DNA from: Candidatus Woesebacteria bacterium GW2011_GWB1_33_38
GTDB lineage: Bacteria; Patescibacteriota; Microgenomatia; UBA8517
NCBI GenBank assembly: GCA_000990005.1
Contig: LBPF01000006.1
Location: 33,615 to 97,614, forward strand
Length of the DNA stretch: 64,000 bases
Direction of reading: 5' to 3'
Part shown: piece after piece, positions 8,873 to 18,329 of the stretch
How the letters are laid out: each line of letters opens with the position of its first letter
Position numbering within the stretch: the stretch's first letter is position 1
The notes under the pieces: generated by a model
What the model saw: only the letters and a program-made list of their open reading frames with translations
What the model was told of the DNA's origin: nothing
Database searches by the model: none
Position numbers and translations under genes: made by a program

Positions 8873-10821
8873 AATTAATAATTGTTGAATCACCGACTAA
8901 AGCTTCTACATTATCCAAGTTTTTGGGTAGCGACTATGAAGTGGATTCGACTCGTGGCCACATTAAAGACCTGCCCAAGAGCAAGTTAAGTATTGATATA
9001 GAACATAACTTCAAACCTGATTATCAAGAAATAGAAAAGAAAAAGTCAGTAATTAAAGACTTGAAGTCAAAGGCAAAAAATGCCAGTGAAGTTTATATTG
9101 CGACAGACCCTGACAGAGAAGGAGAAGCAATCGCTTCACACGTGCAGCAGATATTAAGTGACAAAGATATAAAGTTAAAAGTGGAAACACATAGAATTTC
9201 ATTTCATGAAATTACTCAAAAAGCAGTTGAGGATGCAATATTCAATCCTTCCAAAGTAAATAGAAACCTTGTTGATGCACAGATTGCAAGGAGAGTTTTG
9301 GATAGACTGGTTGGTTATAAACTTTCCCCGCTTCTTTGGAAAAAAGTAAGACGTGGCTTATCAGCTGGAAGAGTGCAATCAGTTGCTGTAAGGCTTATTG
9401 TTGACCGCGAAATGGAAATAAAAGCTTTTAAACCAGAAGAGTACTGGGAAATTTTTGCAAAATTTACTAAATTTACAGCACAGTTAATTAAGCAAGAGAT
9501 ACATAATAAAACTACTGCTGATAAAATTCTTTCTGATTTAGAAAAAGCTACATATAAAGTTTCTGATGTAAAGAAAAGACAAATTACAAAACACCCTTAT
9601 CCACCTTTTACCACTTCAACACTAACACAAGCTGGATCAAGGCTTTTTGGCTGGAGCGCTAAAAAGACAATGAGTGTAGCTCAAAAATTATATGAAGAGG
9701 GTTTAATTACCTATCATAGAACTGATTCCTTAAACCTCTCGGCTGATGCTGTGAACCTTGCTCGAGGATTTATTGAAAAAGAATATGGAAAAGAATATTT
9801 ACCAGAAAAGCCACATTTCTATAAGACGCATAGTAAATCTGCACAAGAGGCGCATGAGGCCATCCGTGTAACGGATGTGAGCCGTGAATCGTCAACAGTG
9901 AACAATGAACAAGGGGAACAAAAACTTTATGATTTGATAAGAAGAAGGTTTTTAGCAAGTCAAATGAATCCTGCCGTTTACGATGAAACTACAATAAATG
10001 TGTTGGCAAGTTCGCGAGTTGTGAGTTACAAGTTAAGAGCTTCAGGACAGATAATGAAATTTGATGGTTGGAGAAAATTGTTTCCAGTCAATCCCACATC
10101 GGGAGTGGGCTTTGACTCTCCAGATGTGAATTTATTACCTGAGGTTGTAAAAGATGAATCTTTGGACAAAGAAAAGGTCTGGGCAGATCAAAAATTCACT
10201 TTAGCTCCTCCACGATATAATGAAGCTTCACTAATTAAAACACTTGAAAAACTGGGGATTGGAAGGCCTTCCACTTATGCACCAATTATTACAACAATTC
10301 AAGTTAGAAGTTATGTGGAAAAAGTTGATAAAGTATTCATTCCCACAACAATTGGTTTTGCTGTAACAGAATTTTTGGTTAAAAATTTTCCAACAGAACT
10401 AGATTTTGGTTTTACAGCGGAAATGGAGGAAGATTTGGATAGGATTGCAGAAGGAAAAATAAAATGGGAAACTGAGATGAAAAAGTTTTGGACTCCCTTT
10501 GAAAAGAAATTAAAATCTGTTGAAAAAACAGCAGAAAGGGTAAAAATAGAAACAGAAAAGTTGAACATTAAGTGTCCAGATTGTAAGGATGGGGAGCTTG
10601 TCATAAGAGTTGGAAGATTTGGAAAGTTTATCAGTTGTTCTAGATTTCCAGACTGTAAGCATACTGAAAAGTTTTTAGAAAAAGTAGGGATTAAATGTCC
10701 TGACTGTAAAGAAGGTGACATAATTGTAAAAAAGAGTAGAAAAGGAAAGTTTTATGGCTGCTCAAGATATCCTGAATGTAAATTCGCTTCTTGGAAACTG
10801 CCAAAAAAAGAGGAAAAGTAG
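8869..10821 (+). CDS. topA: DNA topoisomerase I
   Basis: MKLIIVESPTKA Toprim N-terminus; C-terminal C4 zinc-ribbon repeats (CPDCKDGELV, CPDCKEGDII). Confidence 0.9.
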   Translation: MKLIIVESPTKASTLSKFLGSDYEVDSTRGHIKDLPKSKLSIDIEHNFKPDYQEIEKKKSVIKDLKSKAKNASEVYIATDPDREGEAIASHVQQILSDKDIKLKVETHRISFHEITQKAVEDAIFNPSKVNRNLVDAQIARRVLDRLVGYKLSPLLWKKVRRGLSAGRVQSVAVRLIVDREMEIKAFKPEEYWEIFAKFTKFTAQLIKQEIHNKTTADKILSDLEKATYKVSDVKKRQITKHPYPPFTTSTLTQAGSRLFGWSAKKTMSVAQKLYEEGLITYHRTDSLNLSADAVNLARGFIEKEYGKEYLPEKPHFYKTHSKSAQEAHEAIRVTDVSRESSTVNNEQGEQKLYDLIRRRFLASQMNPAVYDETTINVLASSRVVSYKLRASGQIMKFDGWRKLFPVNPTSGVGFDSPDVNLLPEVVKDESLDKEKVWADQKFTLAPPRYNEASLIKTLEKLGIGRPSTYAPIITTIQVRSYVEKVDKVFIPTTIGFAVTEFLVKNFPTELDFGFTAEMEEDLDRIAEGKIKWETEMKKFWTPFEKKLKSVEKTAERVKIETEKLNIKCPDCKDGELVIRVGRFGKFISCSRFPDCKHTEKFLEKVGIKCPDCKEGDIIVKKSRKGKFYGCSRYPECKFASWKLPKKEEK

Positions 10822-10834
10822 TATCATTAATTTA

Positions 10835-11173
10835 ATGTTTATTGTTGAGTTTTATAAATCTCCAAATGGAAAAGAAGTTGTAAAGAAAACATATTTCGAG
10901 TATTCAGACAAACAAAGAGCTAAGATTGCAAAGTCAATGGCAAATCTTAAAGAATACGGAATAAACCAAGCCATTGCAAACTTAAGGAAGTTGTTAGGAA
11001 CGCACCTTTGGGAATATAGAATTCTTGGTAAGGACAATATTCGGATTATTTGTGTGTCTTTACCAAGTAACAGAATAATGGTTCTGCATATCTTTACCAA
11101 AAAGTCACAGAAAACTTCAACAAAAGATTTAAAAACCTCAATTGAACGGTATAAACTTGTACTTGACAAATGA
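10835..11173 (+). CDS. RelE/ParE-superfamily toxin, HigB/Gp49-like
   Basis: …LWEYRILGKDNIRIICVSLPSNRIMVLHIFTKKSQKTSTKDL… matches the Gp49/HigB-type toxin pattern; the start is moved to ATG 10835 to clear topA. Confidence 0.6.
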   Translation: MFIVEFYKSPNGKEVVKKTYFEYSDKQRAKIAKSMANLKEYGINQAIANLRKLLGTHLWEYRILGKDNIRIICVSLPSNRIMVLHIFTKKSQKTSTKDLKTSIERYKLVLDK

Positions 11174-11198
11174 TATCCGATCGAATATCATACATTTT

Positions 11199-11480
11199 AT
11201 GTTAAAAGGAACTAATTTTGATGACATCTTAAAAGAGGAGCTAAAAAATCCTAAATTTAATAAAGAATGGGATAAATTAGAGCCTGCTTATCAGGCACAA
11301 AGGATTTTGATTCAATCAAGAATCAAGGCAAAAATGTCTCAACGGCAATTGGCTAAAAAGGCAAAAACAACTCAAGCAATAATTTCACGTATTGAAAACA
11401 TGACAATAAATCCTTCAATTGGTCTTCTTCAAAAATTAGCCACAGCTTTTGGAAAAAGATTAGAGATTAATTTTAGTTAG
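11199..11480 (+). CDS. XRE-family HTH antitoxin (HigA-like)
   Basis: MSQRQLAKKAKTTQAIISRIENMTINPSIGLLQKLATAFGKRL is a Cro/C1-type HTH; it lies immediately downstream of the toxin. Confidence 0.6.
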   Translation: MLKGTNFDDILKEELKNPKFNKEWDKLEPAYQAQRILIQSRIKAKMSQRQLAKKAKTTQAIISRIENMTINPSIGLLQKLATAFGKRLEINFS

Positions 11481-11545
11481 TAAAGTCGACCTTACTAGAT
11501 TGTTTTAAATTTCTTAAATATACTCGCGTTTAACTTGCCCAAATT

Positions 11546-12232
11546 ATGAATAACTATATTTGGGATAAATTGTTTAAAAAATACGAACAAAGCGTAAAAA
11601 AAGATGAAAATGCAGATTTTGCATATGAAAGTTTAGTTAATACTTTATCCATATTAAGTTTATGTGACAACTTAGGTGTTGCCTTAGATTTAGGTTGTGG
11701 AGATGGAAGGTTTACAAAAGAACTTGAAGTAAGGTGCCAAAAAACCTTTGCAGTTGACCTATCAGATTCAATGTTAAAGCAAGCGAAAAAAGTTTGTCTT
11801 AACACAACTTTTTTAAAAGTAGATCTGGAAAATAAATTTCCAAAATTTAATACAAAGTTTGATTTAATTACCTGTAAGTTGGTGTTAATGTATCTAACAA
11901 ATATTGAAAATTTAGCTTGTGAGACATATAAGATACTTAACAAAAACGGCGCTTTAGTTGTGTCTGTAACGCACCCTATGAAATGGATGGATAAAACATC
12001 ATATCTTAAGGAGGATGTTGTCCCTGGTGAGATTGCAAATGATAAAAATCTTAAGGTGACCTTTAAATCTAGAACGATTCAAACTTATATTAATACCTTC
12101 ACAAAATATGGGTTTCATCTTGAGGTAGTTCTGGAAACTGGGGTTCCTGATTCGTTCGTGATAAAATACCCTGATTATTTAGCATTTCAAAAAAAGCCGT
12201 ACAGATTAAATTTAAAATTTGTTAAAAAATAA
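11546..12232 (+). CDS. Class I SAM-dependent methyltransferase
   Basis: Motif I LDLGCGDGRFT. Confidence 0.7.
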   Translation: MNNYIWDKLFKKYEQSVKKDENADFAYESLVNTLSILSLCDNLGVALDLGCGDGRFTKELEVRCQKTFAVDLSDSMLKQAKKVCLNTTFLKVDLENKFPKFNTKFDLITCKLVLMYLTNIENLACETYKILNKNGALVVSVTHPMKWMDKTSYLKEDVVPGEIANDKNLKVTFKSRTIQTYINTFTKYGFHLEVVLETGVPDSFVIKYPDYLAFQKKPYRLNLKFVKK

Positions 12233-12233
12233 G

Positions 12234-12329
12234 AAGCAGAGCTTGTTAGAATATCATAAGCAGAGCTTGTTAGAATATCATAAGCAGAGCTTGTTAGAAT
12301 ATCATAAGCAGAGCTTGTTAAAATATCAT
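12234..12329. repeat. Four tandem copies of the 24-bp unit AAGCAGAGCTTGTTAGAATATCAT (last copy TTAAAATATCAT) running into the ATG of the HTH-NUDIX gene
   Basis: Seen directly; this is the source of the listed artefactual 62-aa ORF 12219..12407 (QSLLEYHK x4). Confidence 0.9.
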
Positions 12330-13005
12330 GAAAGACTTTCATCCATTACAATTAAAAATACTTCAAAAATTGTTGTACTCAGATGGTTTAAGATACTCAA
12401 AGATTAAACCCACAAAAATAGAGGGTAGTAAATTTGCATTTCATTTAGATCAACTACTCAAACTTAAATTTGTTAACAAAATTGGAACTATCTATAAACT
12501 GACACTTCTTGGTAAAGAATTGGCAAACAGAATGGATTTGGGAGATAAGAAAATAGAAACTCAAGCTAAAGTTTCTGTTTTAATGGTTTGTATTAAAAAA
12601 GATAAAATACTTCTTTATACGAGATTAAAATCACCCTTCTTTGGATATCAAGGTTTTCCTACAGGGAAAGTTAAACATGGGGAAAATATATTAAAAGCAG
12701 CAAAAAGAGAATTAAAAGAAGAGACGGGTTTAATTGGTACCCCAAAACTATTTGCAGTTAGGCATTATAAAATTTATGATTTATCAAAGAATCTGTTGGA
12801 AGATAAAATCTTTTTTGCCTGCAAATTCATCGACCCTAAAGGGGTCTTAAGAAATAATCCAGAAGGCACATATAAATGGATTCATAAAAACAAAGTTTGG
12901 GACTATCTTAAAAAACCTGTAGATGAAGTCAAAGAAATTCTTGATTCTATTGAAAACAGCGAAATTACGTTTTTAGAAAAAGAATACTCTACCAGGGGAT
13001 TTTAA
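12328..13005 (+). CDS. NUDIX hydrolase with N-terminal winged-helix domain
   Basis: Nudix box GKVKHGENILKAAKRELKEETGL; an N-terminal 90 aa segment looks helix-turn-helix-like. Confidence 0.7.
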   Translation: MKDFHPLQLKILQKLLYSDGLRYSKIKPTKIEGSKFAFHLDQLLKLKFVNKIGTIYKLTLLGKELANRMDLGDKKIETQAKVSVLMVCIKKDKILLYTRLKSPFFGYQGFPTGKVKHGENILKAAKRELKEETGLIGTPKLFAVRHYKIYDLSKNLLEDKIFFACKFIDPKGVLRNNPEGTYKWIHKNKVWDYLKKPVDEVKEILDSIENSEITFLEKEYSTRGF

Positions 13006-13009
13006 TTTT

Positions 13010-13495
13010 TTATTTGTACTTTACTGTTTCAGTGGAGATAAACTCTAATTTAATTTTCGCTTTTTTAAACATGCTTTCTGATTCTTGTCCTGCATGGTAT
13101 TTATTTGCAGCTACAACTCTTAGAATGCCAGTATTAATGAGTAACATTGCACAAGTTCTACAGGGAGTCATGTTTACGTAAACTGTAGAACCTTCAAGTG
13201 AAACACCTCTTTTAGCAGCTTGGCAAATAGCATTTTGTTCCGCATGAACTGTTCTTACACAATGTTCAGTAATGGTTCCGTCCTCGTGAATTATCTTTTT
13301 TAATTGATGTCCAACTTCATCACAATGTGGAAAACCAACAGGTGAACCTGCATAGCCAGTTACTAAGATTTGTTTTTCTTTGACAAAGACACAAGAAGCA
13401 TGGCCTCTATCACAAGTTCCTCGCTTGGATACGGTTTGCATTATTTCCAAAAAGTATTTATCCCATGATGGGCGGACATTTTTCAATTTCTTCAT
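13010..13495 (-). CDS. dCMP/cytidine deaminase family (ComEB-like)
   Basis: HAEQNAI and PCRTCA zinc-binding motifs. Confidence 0.8.
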   Translation of the reverse strand: MKKLKNVRPSWDKYFLEIMQTVSKRGTCDRGHASCVFVKEKQILVTGYAGSPVGFPHCDEVGHQLKKIIHEDGTITEHCVRTVHAEQNAICQAAKRGVSLEGSTVYVNMTPCRTCAMLLINTGILRVVAANKYHAGQESESMFKKAKIKLEFISTETVKYK

Positions 13496-14009
13496 ATAAC
13501 CTTTCTAAACTACCATCATTATTAAATAAATGATCGCTCATTTCAATACACTTTGGAAGGTTTTGTGCATTGGGATCAGTATTTTGCATCTCTCTTTCTT
13601 CTTGTTTTGTGAATTCATCAAAAGTTACAGAGTCTTTTTCAGATTGCCTTTTTTGAATTCTTTCATATCTTGTTTTTTGATCAGCAGTAATTGCAAACAT
13701 AATTCCGCCATGTGATTTAATAAACTCAGCCTCTTTTGGGTTTCTGATACTTTCAATGATTGAATTCTCTTTCTTTTTGCTTGCCTGGTTAAACAGCTGT
13801 TGTGTAATGTAGTCTGGTCCAAACTTTTCGCGCAGTGCATTGCCGACATCCTGAAGGTTGGCTCGGTTTATTTCTAACCCACGCTTTATTAATTCTTCTT
13901 TTAGAAAACCACTCACGGAATAGTGTATGAAGCCTTTGTTTTTAACTAAATATTCAACAATAGTTCCTTTCCCAGCTCCCAAAGTTCCAGTAATACCAAT
14001 TATTTGCAT
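13458..14009 (-). CDS. P-loop nucleotide kinase (adenylate/cytidylate/dephospho-CoA kinase-like)
   Basis: GITGTLGAGKGT Walker A at residues 5-16; small-kinase size; overlaps the deaminase start by 38 nt. Confidence 0.5.
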   Translation of the reverse strand: MQIIGITGTLGAGKGTIVEYLVKNKGFIHYSVSGFLKEELIKRGLEINRANLQDVGNALREKFGPDYITQQLFNQASKKKENSIIESIRNPKEAEFIKSHGGIMFAITADQKTRYERIQKRQSEKDSVTFDEFTKQEEREMQNTDPNAQNLPKCIEMSDHLFNNDGSLERLYEEIEKCPPIMG

Positions 14010-14061
14010 TTTATATTTTTAACAGTTAATAAACAAAAATTAAAGTGTTAAAATTAAATTT

Positions 14062-14391
14062 ATGGATTTTGATGAATACCAGAAAGAAGCAAACAAAACA
14101 GCAATTTATCCCGTACTTGGAGCTAAATTTGTATATCCTACATTAGGCTTAGCAGATGAGGCGGGTGAAGTGGTAGGTAAAATTAAAAAAGTAATGAGAG
14201 ATGATGGGGGAGTTTTAACAGAAGAAAAAAAGATTGAAATTAAAAAAGAGCTAGGCGATGTTTTGTGGTACTTAGCTCAGTTGTCTACTGACTTAGGAAT
14301 TAAGCTTTCAGAGGTAGCCAAGGCTAATGTCGAAAAACTTGCATCGAGAATGGAAAGAAATGTACTTCATGGTAGTGGGGACAACAGATAG
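14062..14391 (+). CDS. MazG-like nucleotide pyrophosphohydrolase (small all-alpha NTP-PPase)
   Basis: EVGEL-type and LGDVLWYL motifs of the MazG/HisE superfamily. Confidence 0.65.
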   Translation: MDFDEYQKEANKTAIYPVLGAKFVYPTLGLADEAGEVVGKIKKVMRDDGGVLTEEKKIEIKKELGDVLWYLAQLSTDLGIKLSEVAKANVEKLASRMERNVLHGSGDNR

Positions 14392-14399
14392 TAAATCAA

Positions 14400-14558
14400 A
14401 TGATTAATAAAACTTATACAGTTAAAGTAACAAATGGACGATTTACAATCCCAGTTGAAATAAGACGAAAATTTGGATTTTTAGGAAAGAAGATTCAATT
14501 AGATGCAATGCTCCAAAATAGTGGATTACTTGTAGACTTTAAAAAAATCAAAAAGTAG
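14400..14558 (+). CDS. AbrB/MazE/SpoVT-family small DNA-binding protein (52 aa), not in ORF track
   Basis: ATG 14400 to TAG 14556-14558: MINKTYTVKVTNGRFTIPVEIRRKFGFLGKKIQLDAMLQNSGLLVDFKKIKK, a swapped-hairpin pattern (V..NGR.TIP.EIR..LG). Confidence 0.5.
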   Translation: MINKTYTVKVTNGRFTIPVEIRRKFGFLGKKIQLDAMLQNSGLLVDFKKIKK

Positions 14559-14636
14559 ATAAGCAAAGCTTGCCATTTGGTGGTAAAAAATTTTCTCAAT
14601 TGACAAATATACACCATATATAGTAATGTATATAAT

Positions 14637-14900
14637 ATGACAAGATATCAAGTTTATTTAAATTCAGGATCGGTTGCTGTTGTTGATGAAGTTGAAGAAT
14701 ATTTAGGTATTTCAAGATCACAAATTATTCGCGATCTTGTTGATCGTTATGCTCAAAACATATTACAAATCTTTTCGGTTACAAGAACAACACCTTTCAA
14801 AAAATCTTCCTTAGAAGCATTAATTGGAATTATTAATGTAGATGGTCAAAAAGGGACAAATTATGCAATGAAAGACGATAATAAATATTTGATTGATTAA
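14637..14900 (+). CDS. VapB-type antitoxin
   Basis: 87 aa; its stop overlaps the vapC ATG (TAATG); a classic coupled arrangement. Confidence 0.55.
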   Translation: MTRYQVYLNSGSVAVVDEVEEYLGISRSQIIRDLVDRYAQNILQIFSVTRTTPFKKSSLEALIGIINVDGQKGTNYAMKDDNKYLID

Positions 14901-15316
14901 TGCAAAAAGTTTTTATAGACACAAGTTGTTATTTGGCACTTTTTATAGGAAGTGATATTAAACATTCAATTGTAGCTAAAACATTCAAAAAATATATTCA
15001 AGGGAGATATCAATTTTTTACATCATATTATGTTTTGAATGAACTTTATACACGATTGGTTTATGATTTTGGAAAAATAGAACTTAAAAAAGTTGTTGCA
15101 CAAATAAATAAAGTGGTAAAGAATAACGAATTAAAAATGCTTGACGTGGATGAAGTTTTATTTAATAAATCAGCTGAAACTATGACTAAATTTGCAGAGC
15201 ATAAATTGTCTTTTGTTGACGCATCAATTTATAATTTAGTTAAAGATTATAAACTTGACGAGGTTTTTACTCTTGATTCTGATTTTAAAAAAGTAGGCCT
15301 CAAAACATCTTTTTAA
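14900..15316 (+). CDS. vapC: PIN-domain toxin VapC
   Basis: VFIDTS (Asp at position 7), NE, DASIY and TLDSDF acidic residues of the PIN fold. Confidence 0.75.
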   Translation: MQKVFIDTSCYLALFIGSDIKHSIVAKTFKKYIQGRYQFFTSYYVLNELYTRLVYDFGKIELKKVVAQINKVVKNNELKMLDVDEVLFNKSAETMTKFAEHKLSFVDASIYNLVKDYKLDEVFTLDSDFKKVGLKTSF

Positions 15317-15375
15317 AATTAAAATATTTTCCCACCTTGAAGTTTTATCTACAATAGGGTATCTTGCGCCTAGAT

Positions 15376-16050
15376 ATGCAAAAGTTAAATGATGGGTTTT
15401 TAATAAATCTTGAGGGGGGGGAAGGTTGTGGAAAAACTACCCATGTTCCGTATCTTGTAGAGTATTTAAGAGAGAAAGGTTTTACTGTTTATCCAACCCG
15501 TGAACCTGGTGGAACTTCTATTGGAGAGCAAATACGAGATGTAATTCATGACCTTAAAAATGTTGACATACATCCTCGGACCGAAACACTTTTATATCAA
15601 GCTGCAAGATCTCAAATAGTGGAACAAGTAATAAGACCCAAACTTTTGGAGGGCCAGATTATAATTTGTGATCGTTTTTATGATTCAACAATAGCTTACC
15701 AAGGTTTTGGACATCAGCAAGATATTAAAGCAGTTCATCGGCTGGTTGATTATGCAACGGGCGGTTTAACTCCCGATTTAACTATTTTACTAGATGTAGA
15801 TGTAGAAGTGGGCCAGCGTCGTAAAGAAAGTAGTGATGAGTGGAACCGAATGGACGCAATGGACAAAGAATTTCATGAGCGGGTTAGAAAAGGTTATTTA
15901 AAAATGGCAGAGGTTGACGCACGCTGGATAGTTATAAATGCCAATAACGGAATTCAAGAAGTTCGTAGAGATTTACTTGAAGGTGTAAATAAAAGGTTAG
16001 AATTATTTCTAAATTTAGTAGAGGGTGTGAAGAAAAGCGCAGAAAGATAA
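15376..16050 (+). CDS. tmk: Thymidylate kinase
   Basis: LEGGEGCGKTT P-loop, DRF motif; the start is taken at ATG 15376 (the listed ORF begins at TTG 15364). Confidence 0.85.
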   Translation: MQKLNDGFLINLEGGEGCGKTTHVPYLVEYLREKGFTVYPTREPGGTSIGEQIRDVIHDLKNVDIHPRTETLLYQAARSQIVEQVIRPKLLEGQIIICDRFYDSTIAYQGFGHQQDIKAVHRLVDYATGGLTPDLTILLDVDVEVGQRRKESSDEWNRMDAMDKEFHERVRKGYLKMAEVDARWIVINANNGIQEVRRDLLEGVNKRLELFLNLVEGVKKSAER

Positions 16051-16065
16051 TATATAATACAAATT

Positions 16066-16941
16066 ATGCAAAAGATTGTAGAGTGTGTGCCGAATTTTTC
16101 GGAAGGCAAGAATTTGAAAGTTATCAATGCGATTTTTGATGTGTCTCAAACTGGTAAGGTCAAATCCTTTGAACTTGAATATAACGTTTCTCACAATCGA
16201 ATGCTATTTACCATTGTAGGTTCTCCTGAGGATGTTCTAAATTCAGTTTTTGAATCTATAAAAATTGCAACTAAATTAATTGACATGAATAAGCACACTG
16301 GAGAACATCCCAGAATTGGTGCTACTGACGTCGTTCCATTTGTTCCTGTTTCGGGTGTTTCAATGGAAGAATGTGTAGAACTTAGTAATAAACTTGCTAA
16401 AAAAGTTGCAGATGAACTTAACTTACCTGTTTTTATGTATGAAGCCTCGGCCAAAAAAGAGGAATATAGAAATTTGGCAGATGTCAGAGTTGGTGAATAT
16501 GAAGGATTAAAGAAAAGTATGAGAAAGCCTGATTATGGTCCCTTAAAAACTCATCCAACAGCTGGAGCTATGGTAATTGGAGCTAGAAAATACTTAATTG
16601 CCTATAATGTTGATCTGGACACTACAGATGTTAATGTTGCAAAACAGATTGCTAAAAAGATAAGAGAAAAAGACGGGGGACTTAAGGCGGTTAAAGCATT
16701 AGGTTTTGAAGTTGATGGGATGGCTCAGGTCTCTATGAATTTAGTTGATTATGAAATTACAAACTTTGACGAGGCATATAGAGAAATTGAAAAAGAGGCT
16801 AAAAACTTAGGAGTTGGGATTAAAAATTCTGAAATATATGGTATGATTCCGCTTGAAGCTTTAGTCAGAGCAGTCAAAACTACCTTTAAAGGTACAATCT
16901 TTAGAAGTGATCAGATTTTAGAAAAAAAATTATGGGAGTAA
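16066..16941 (+). CDS. Glutamate formimidoyltransferase (FtcD N-terminal domain homolog)
   Basis: MQKIVECVPNFSEGKN N-terminus and the overall formiminotransferase fold signature. Confidence 0.75.
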   Translation: MQKIVECVPNFSEGKNLKVINAIFDVSQTGKVKSFELEYNVSHNRMLFTIVGSPEDVLNSVFESIKIATKLIDMNKHTGEHPRIGATDVVPFVPVSGVSMEECVELSNKLAKKVADELNLPVFMYEASAKKEEYRNLADVRVGEYEGLKKSMRKPDYGPLKTHPTAGAMVIGARKYLIAYNVDLDTTDVNVAKQIAKKIREKDGGLKAVKALGFEVDGMAQVSMNLVDYEITNFDEAYREIEKEAKNLGVGIKNSEIYGMIPLEALVRAVKTTFKGTIFRSDQILEKKLWE

Positions 16942-17468
16942 TTAATTCCAAAACCTTAAAACAATTTCAAAAAGAATTGGGGAGTAAAAATCCAACACCT
17001 GGAGGAGGAGTTGTGGCTGCACTTTCTGGAGCCTTTGCTGCATCTTTAATTGAAATGGTTTGTAATTTAACTCTTGGTAAAGAAAAATATGAAAAAAATA
17101 AAAAAGATGTTATTAAAATTCATAAAGATGTGCTTGAACTAAAGGAAAAACTAACTAAATTGGCTGAGGAGGATAAAAAAGCATATGATAAGGTGCTTAT
17201 AGCTTATAGACTACAGCCTGAAAACAAAAAACGAAAACAAGAAATAATAAAAGCACTAAGATATGCTATTGCAGTTCCAATGGAAGTTAGAAAAATTAGC
17301 CAAGAGGTTGAAAGATTAGCTTACAGGATTAGCAAGATTGGCAATAAAAACGCTCTAAGCGATGCCAAAACTGCAATTTATTTAGCCCATGCTTCTGGAA
17401 AATCTGCACTGGAGAATATTAAAATAAACAAAAAGTCACTGGCAGATCTATCAAGGTCCGACCTTTGA
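16932..17468 (+). CDS. Formiminotetrahydrofolate cyclodeaminase / methenyl-THF cyclohydrolase family (FtcD C-terminal domain homolog)
   Basis: PTPGGGVVAALSGAFAASL signature; a separate gene overlapping the upstream ORF by 10 nt. Confidence 0.7.
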   Translation: MGVINSKTLKQFQKELGSKNPTPGGGVVAALSGAFAASLIEMVCNLTLGKEKYEKNKKDVIKIHKDVLELKEKLTKLAEEDKKAYDKVLIAYRLQPENKKRKQEIIKALRYAIAVPMEVRKISQEVERLAYRISKIGNKNALSDAKTAIYLAHASGKSALENIKINKKSLADLSRSDL

Positions 17469-17496
17469 AGACAAATCTGTAATAAGGTCGGACCTT
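17453..17496. repeat. Paired 13-bp palindromes AAGGTCCGACCTT…(18 nt)…AAGGTCGGACCTT, copy 2 of 3
   Basis: The first arm overlaps the stop of the cyclodeaminase gene (…agg tcc gac ctt TGA); the second arm ends 14 nt before the -35 of the rpsB promoter. Confidence 0.8.
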
Positions 17497-17510
17497 AACA
17501 GAACATCTAC

Positions 17511-17539
17511 TTGTCAACTTTCTTTTTCTAAAATATAAT
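17511..17539 (+). promoter_or_regulatory. Sigma-70-type promoter for rpsB-tsf-frr (TTGTCA-17 nt-TATAAT)
   Basis: Near-consensus hexamers with a 17-nt spacer, 80 nt upstream of rpsB. Confidence 0.55.
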
Positions 17540-17618
17540 ACTCCATAAGCACACAGATTTTAGTTTCCTGAAGCTTACGAAATCTGTGGAAGGTTAAGGA
17601 AACAAATAATTAATATAT

Positions 17619-18329
17619 ATGGCTGTTAAAATATCACTTGAAGATTTACTTGAAAGCGGGGCTCATTTTGGTCACCAGGTTAGACGTTGGAATCCAAAGG
17701 TAAAAGAATTTGTATATGGTGAACAAGATGGCGTTCATATTTTTGATTTGGTTAAAACAAAGGAATCTCTCGAAATTGCTTTGGCTGAAATTACAAAAAA
17801 TATTAAAGAAGGTAAAACTATCTTACTTCTTGCTACTAAAAAACAAGCCAAAGACAAAGCTTTGGAAATTTTAAATGAAACAGGAATCTCAGTTGTTACT
17901 GAAAGATGGCTTGGTGGAACAATTACCAATTTTAATCAAATTAAAAAGTCACTTGACAAGCTTGTAGATATGAAAGAAAAACTTGTAAATGGGTACTATG
18001 CAAAATACACAAAGAAAGAAAGAGTATTAATAGAAAGAGAAAAAGATAGACTTGAGAGATTTTTCGGAGGTATTACGAACTTAAAAGCAATACCAGATTT
18101 ATTAATTGTTGTCGATATTAGAAAAGAGATAACTGCAATTCACGAAGCTAATAGAAAAGGAATTAAGGTTGTAGGAATTGTGGACACTAACTCAGATCCT
18201 AACATGGTAGATTTCCCCATACCAATGAATGATGATGCCACAAAAGCACTTCACTTGGTATTGGAATATATTAAATTAGCTATTCTTGAGGGTCAAAAAG
18301 TACCAAAAACTTCAAAAGTAAAAAAATGA
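17619..18329 (+). CDS. rpsB: 30S ribosomal protein S2
   Basis: LLESGAHFGHQVRRWNPK N-terminus. Confidence 0.9.
   Translation: MAVKISLEDLLESGAHFGHQVRRWNPKVKEFVYGEQDGVHIFDLVKTKESLEIALAEITKNIKEGKTILLLATKKQAKDKALEILNETGISVVTERWLGGTITNFNQIKKSLDKLVDMKEKLVNGYYAKYTKKERVLIEREKDRLERFFGGITNLKAIPDLLIVVDIRKEITAIHEANRKGIKVVGIVDTNSDPNMVDFPIPMNDDATKALHLVLEYIKLAILEGQKVPKTSKVKK

Noticed and set aside
12219-12407. Listed 62-aa ORF with QSLLEYHK x4
   Set aside because: It is a translation of the 24-bp tandem DNA repeat, not a gene.
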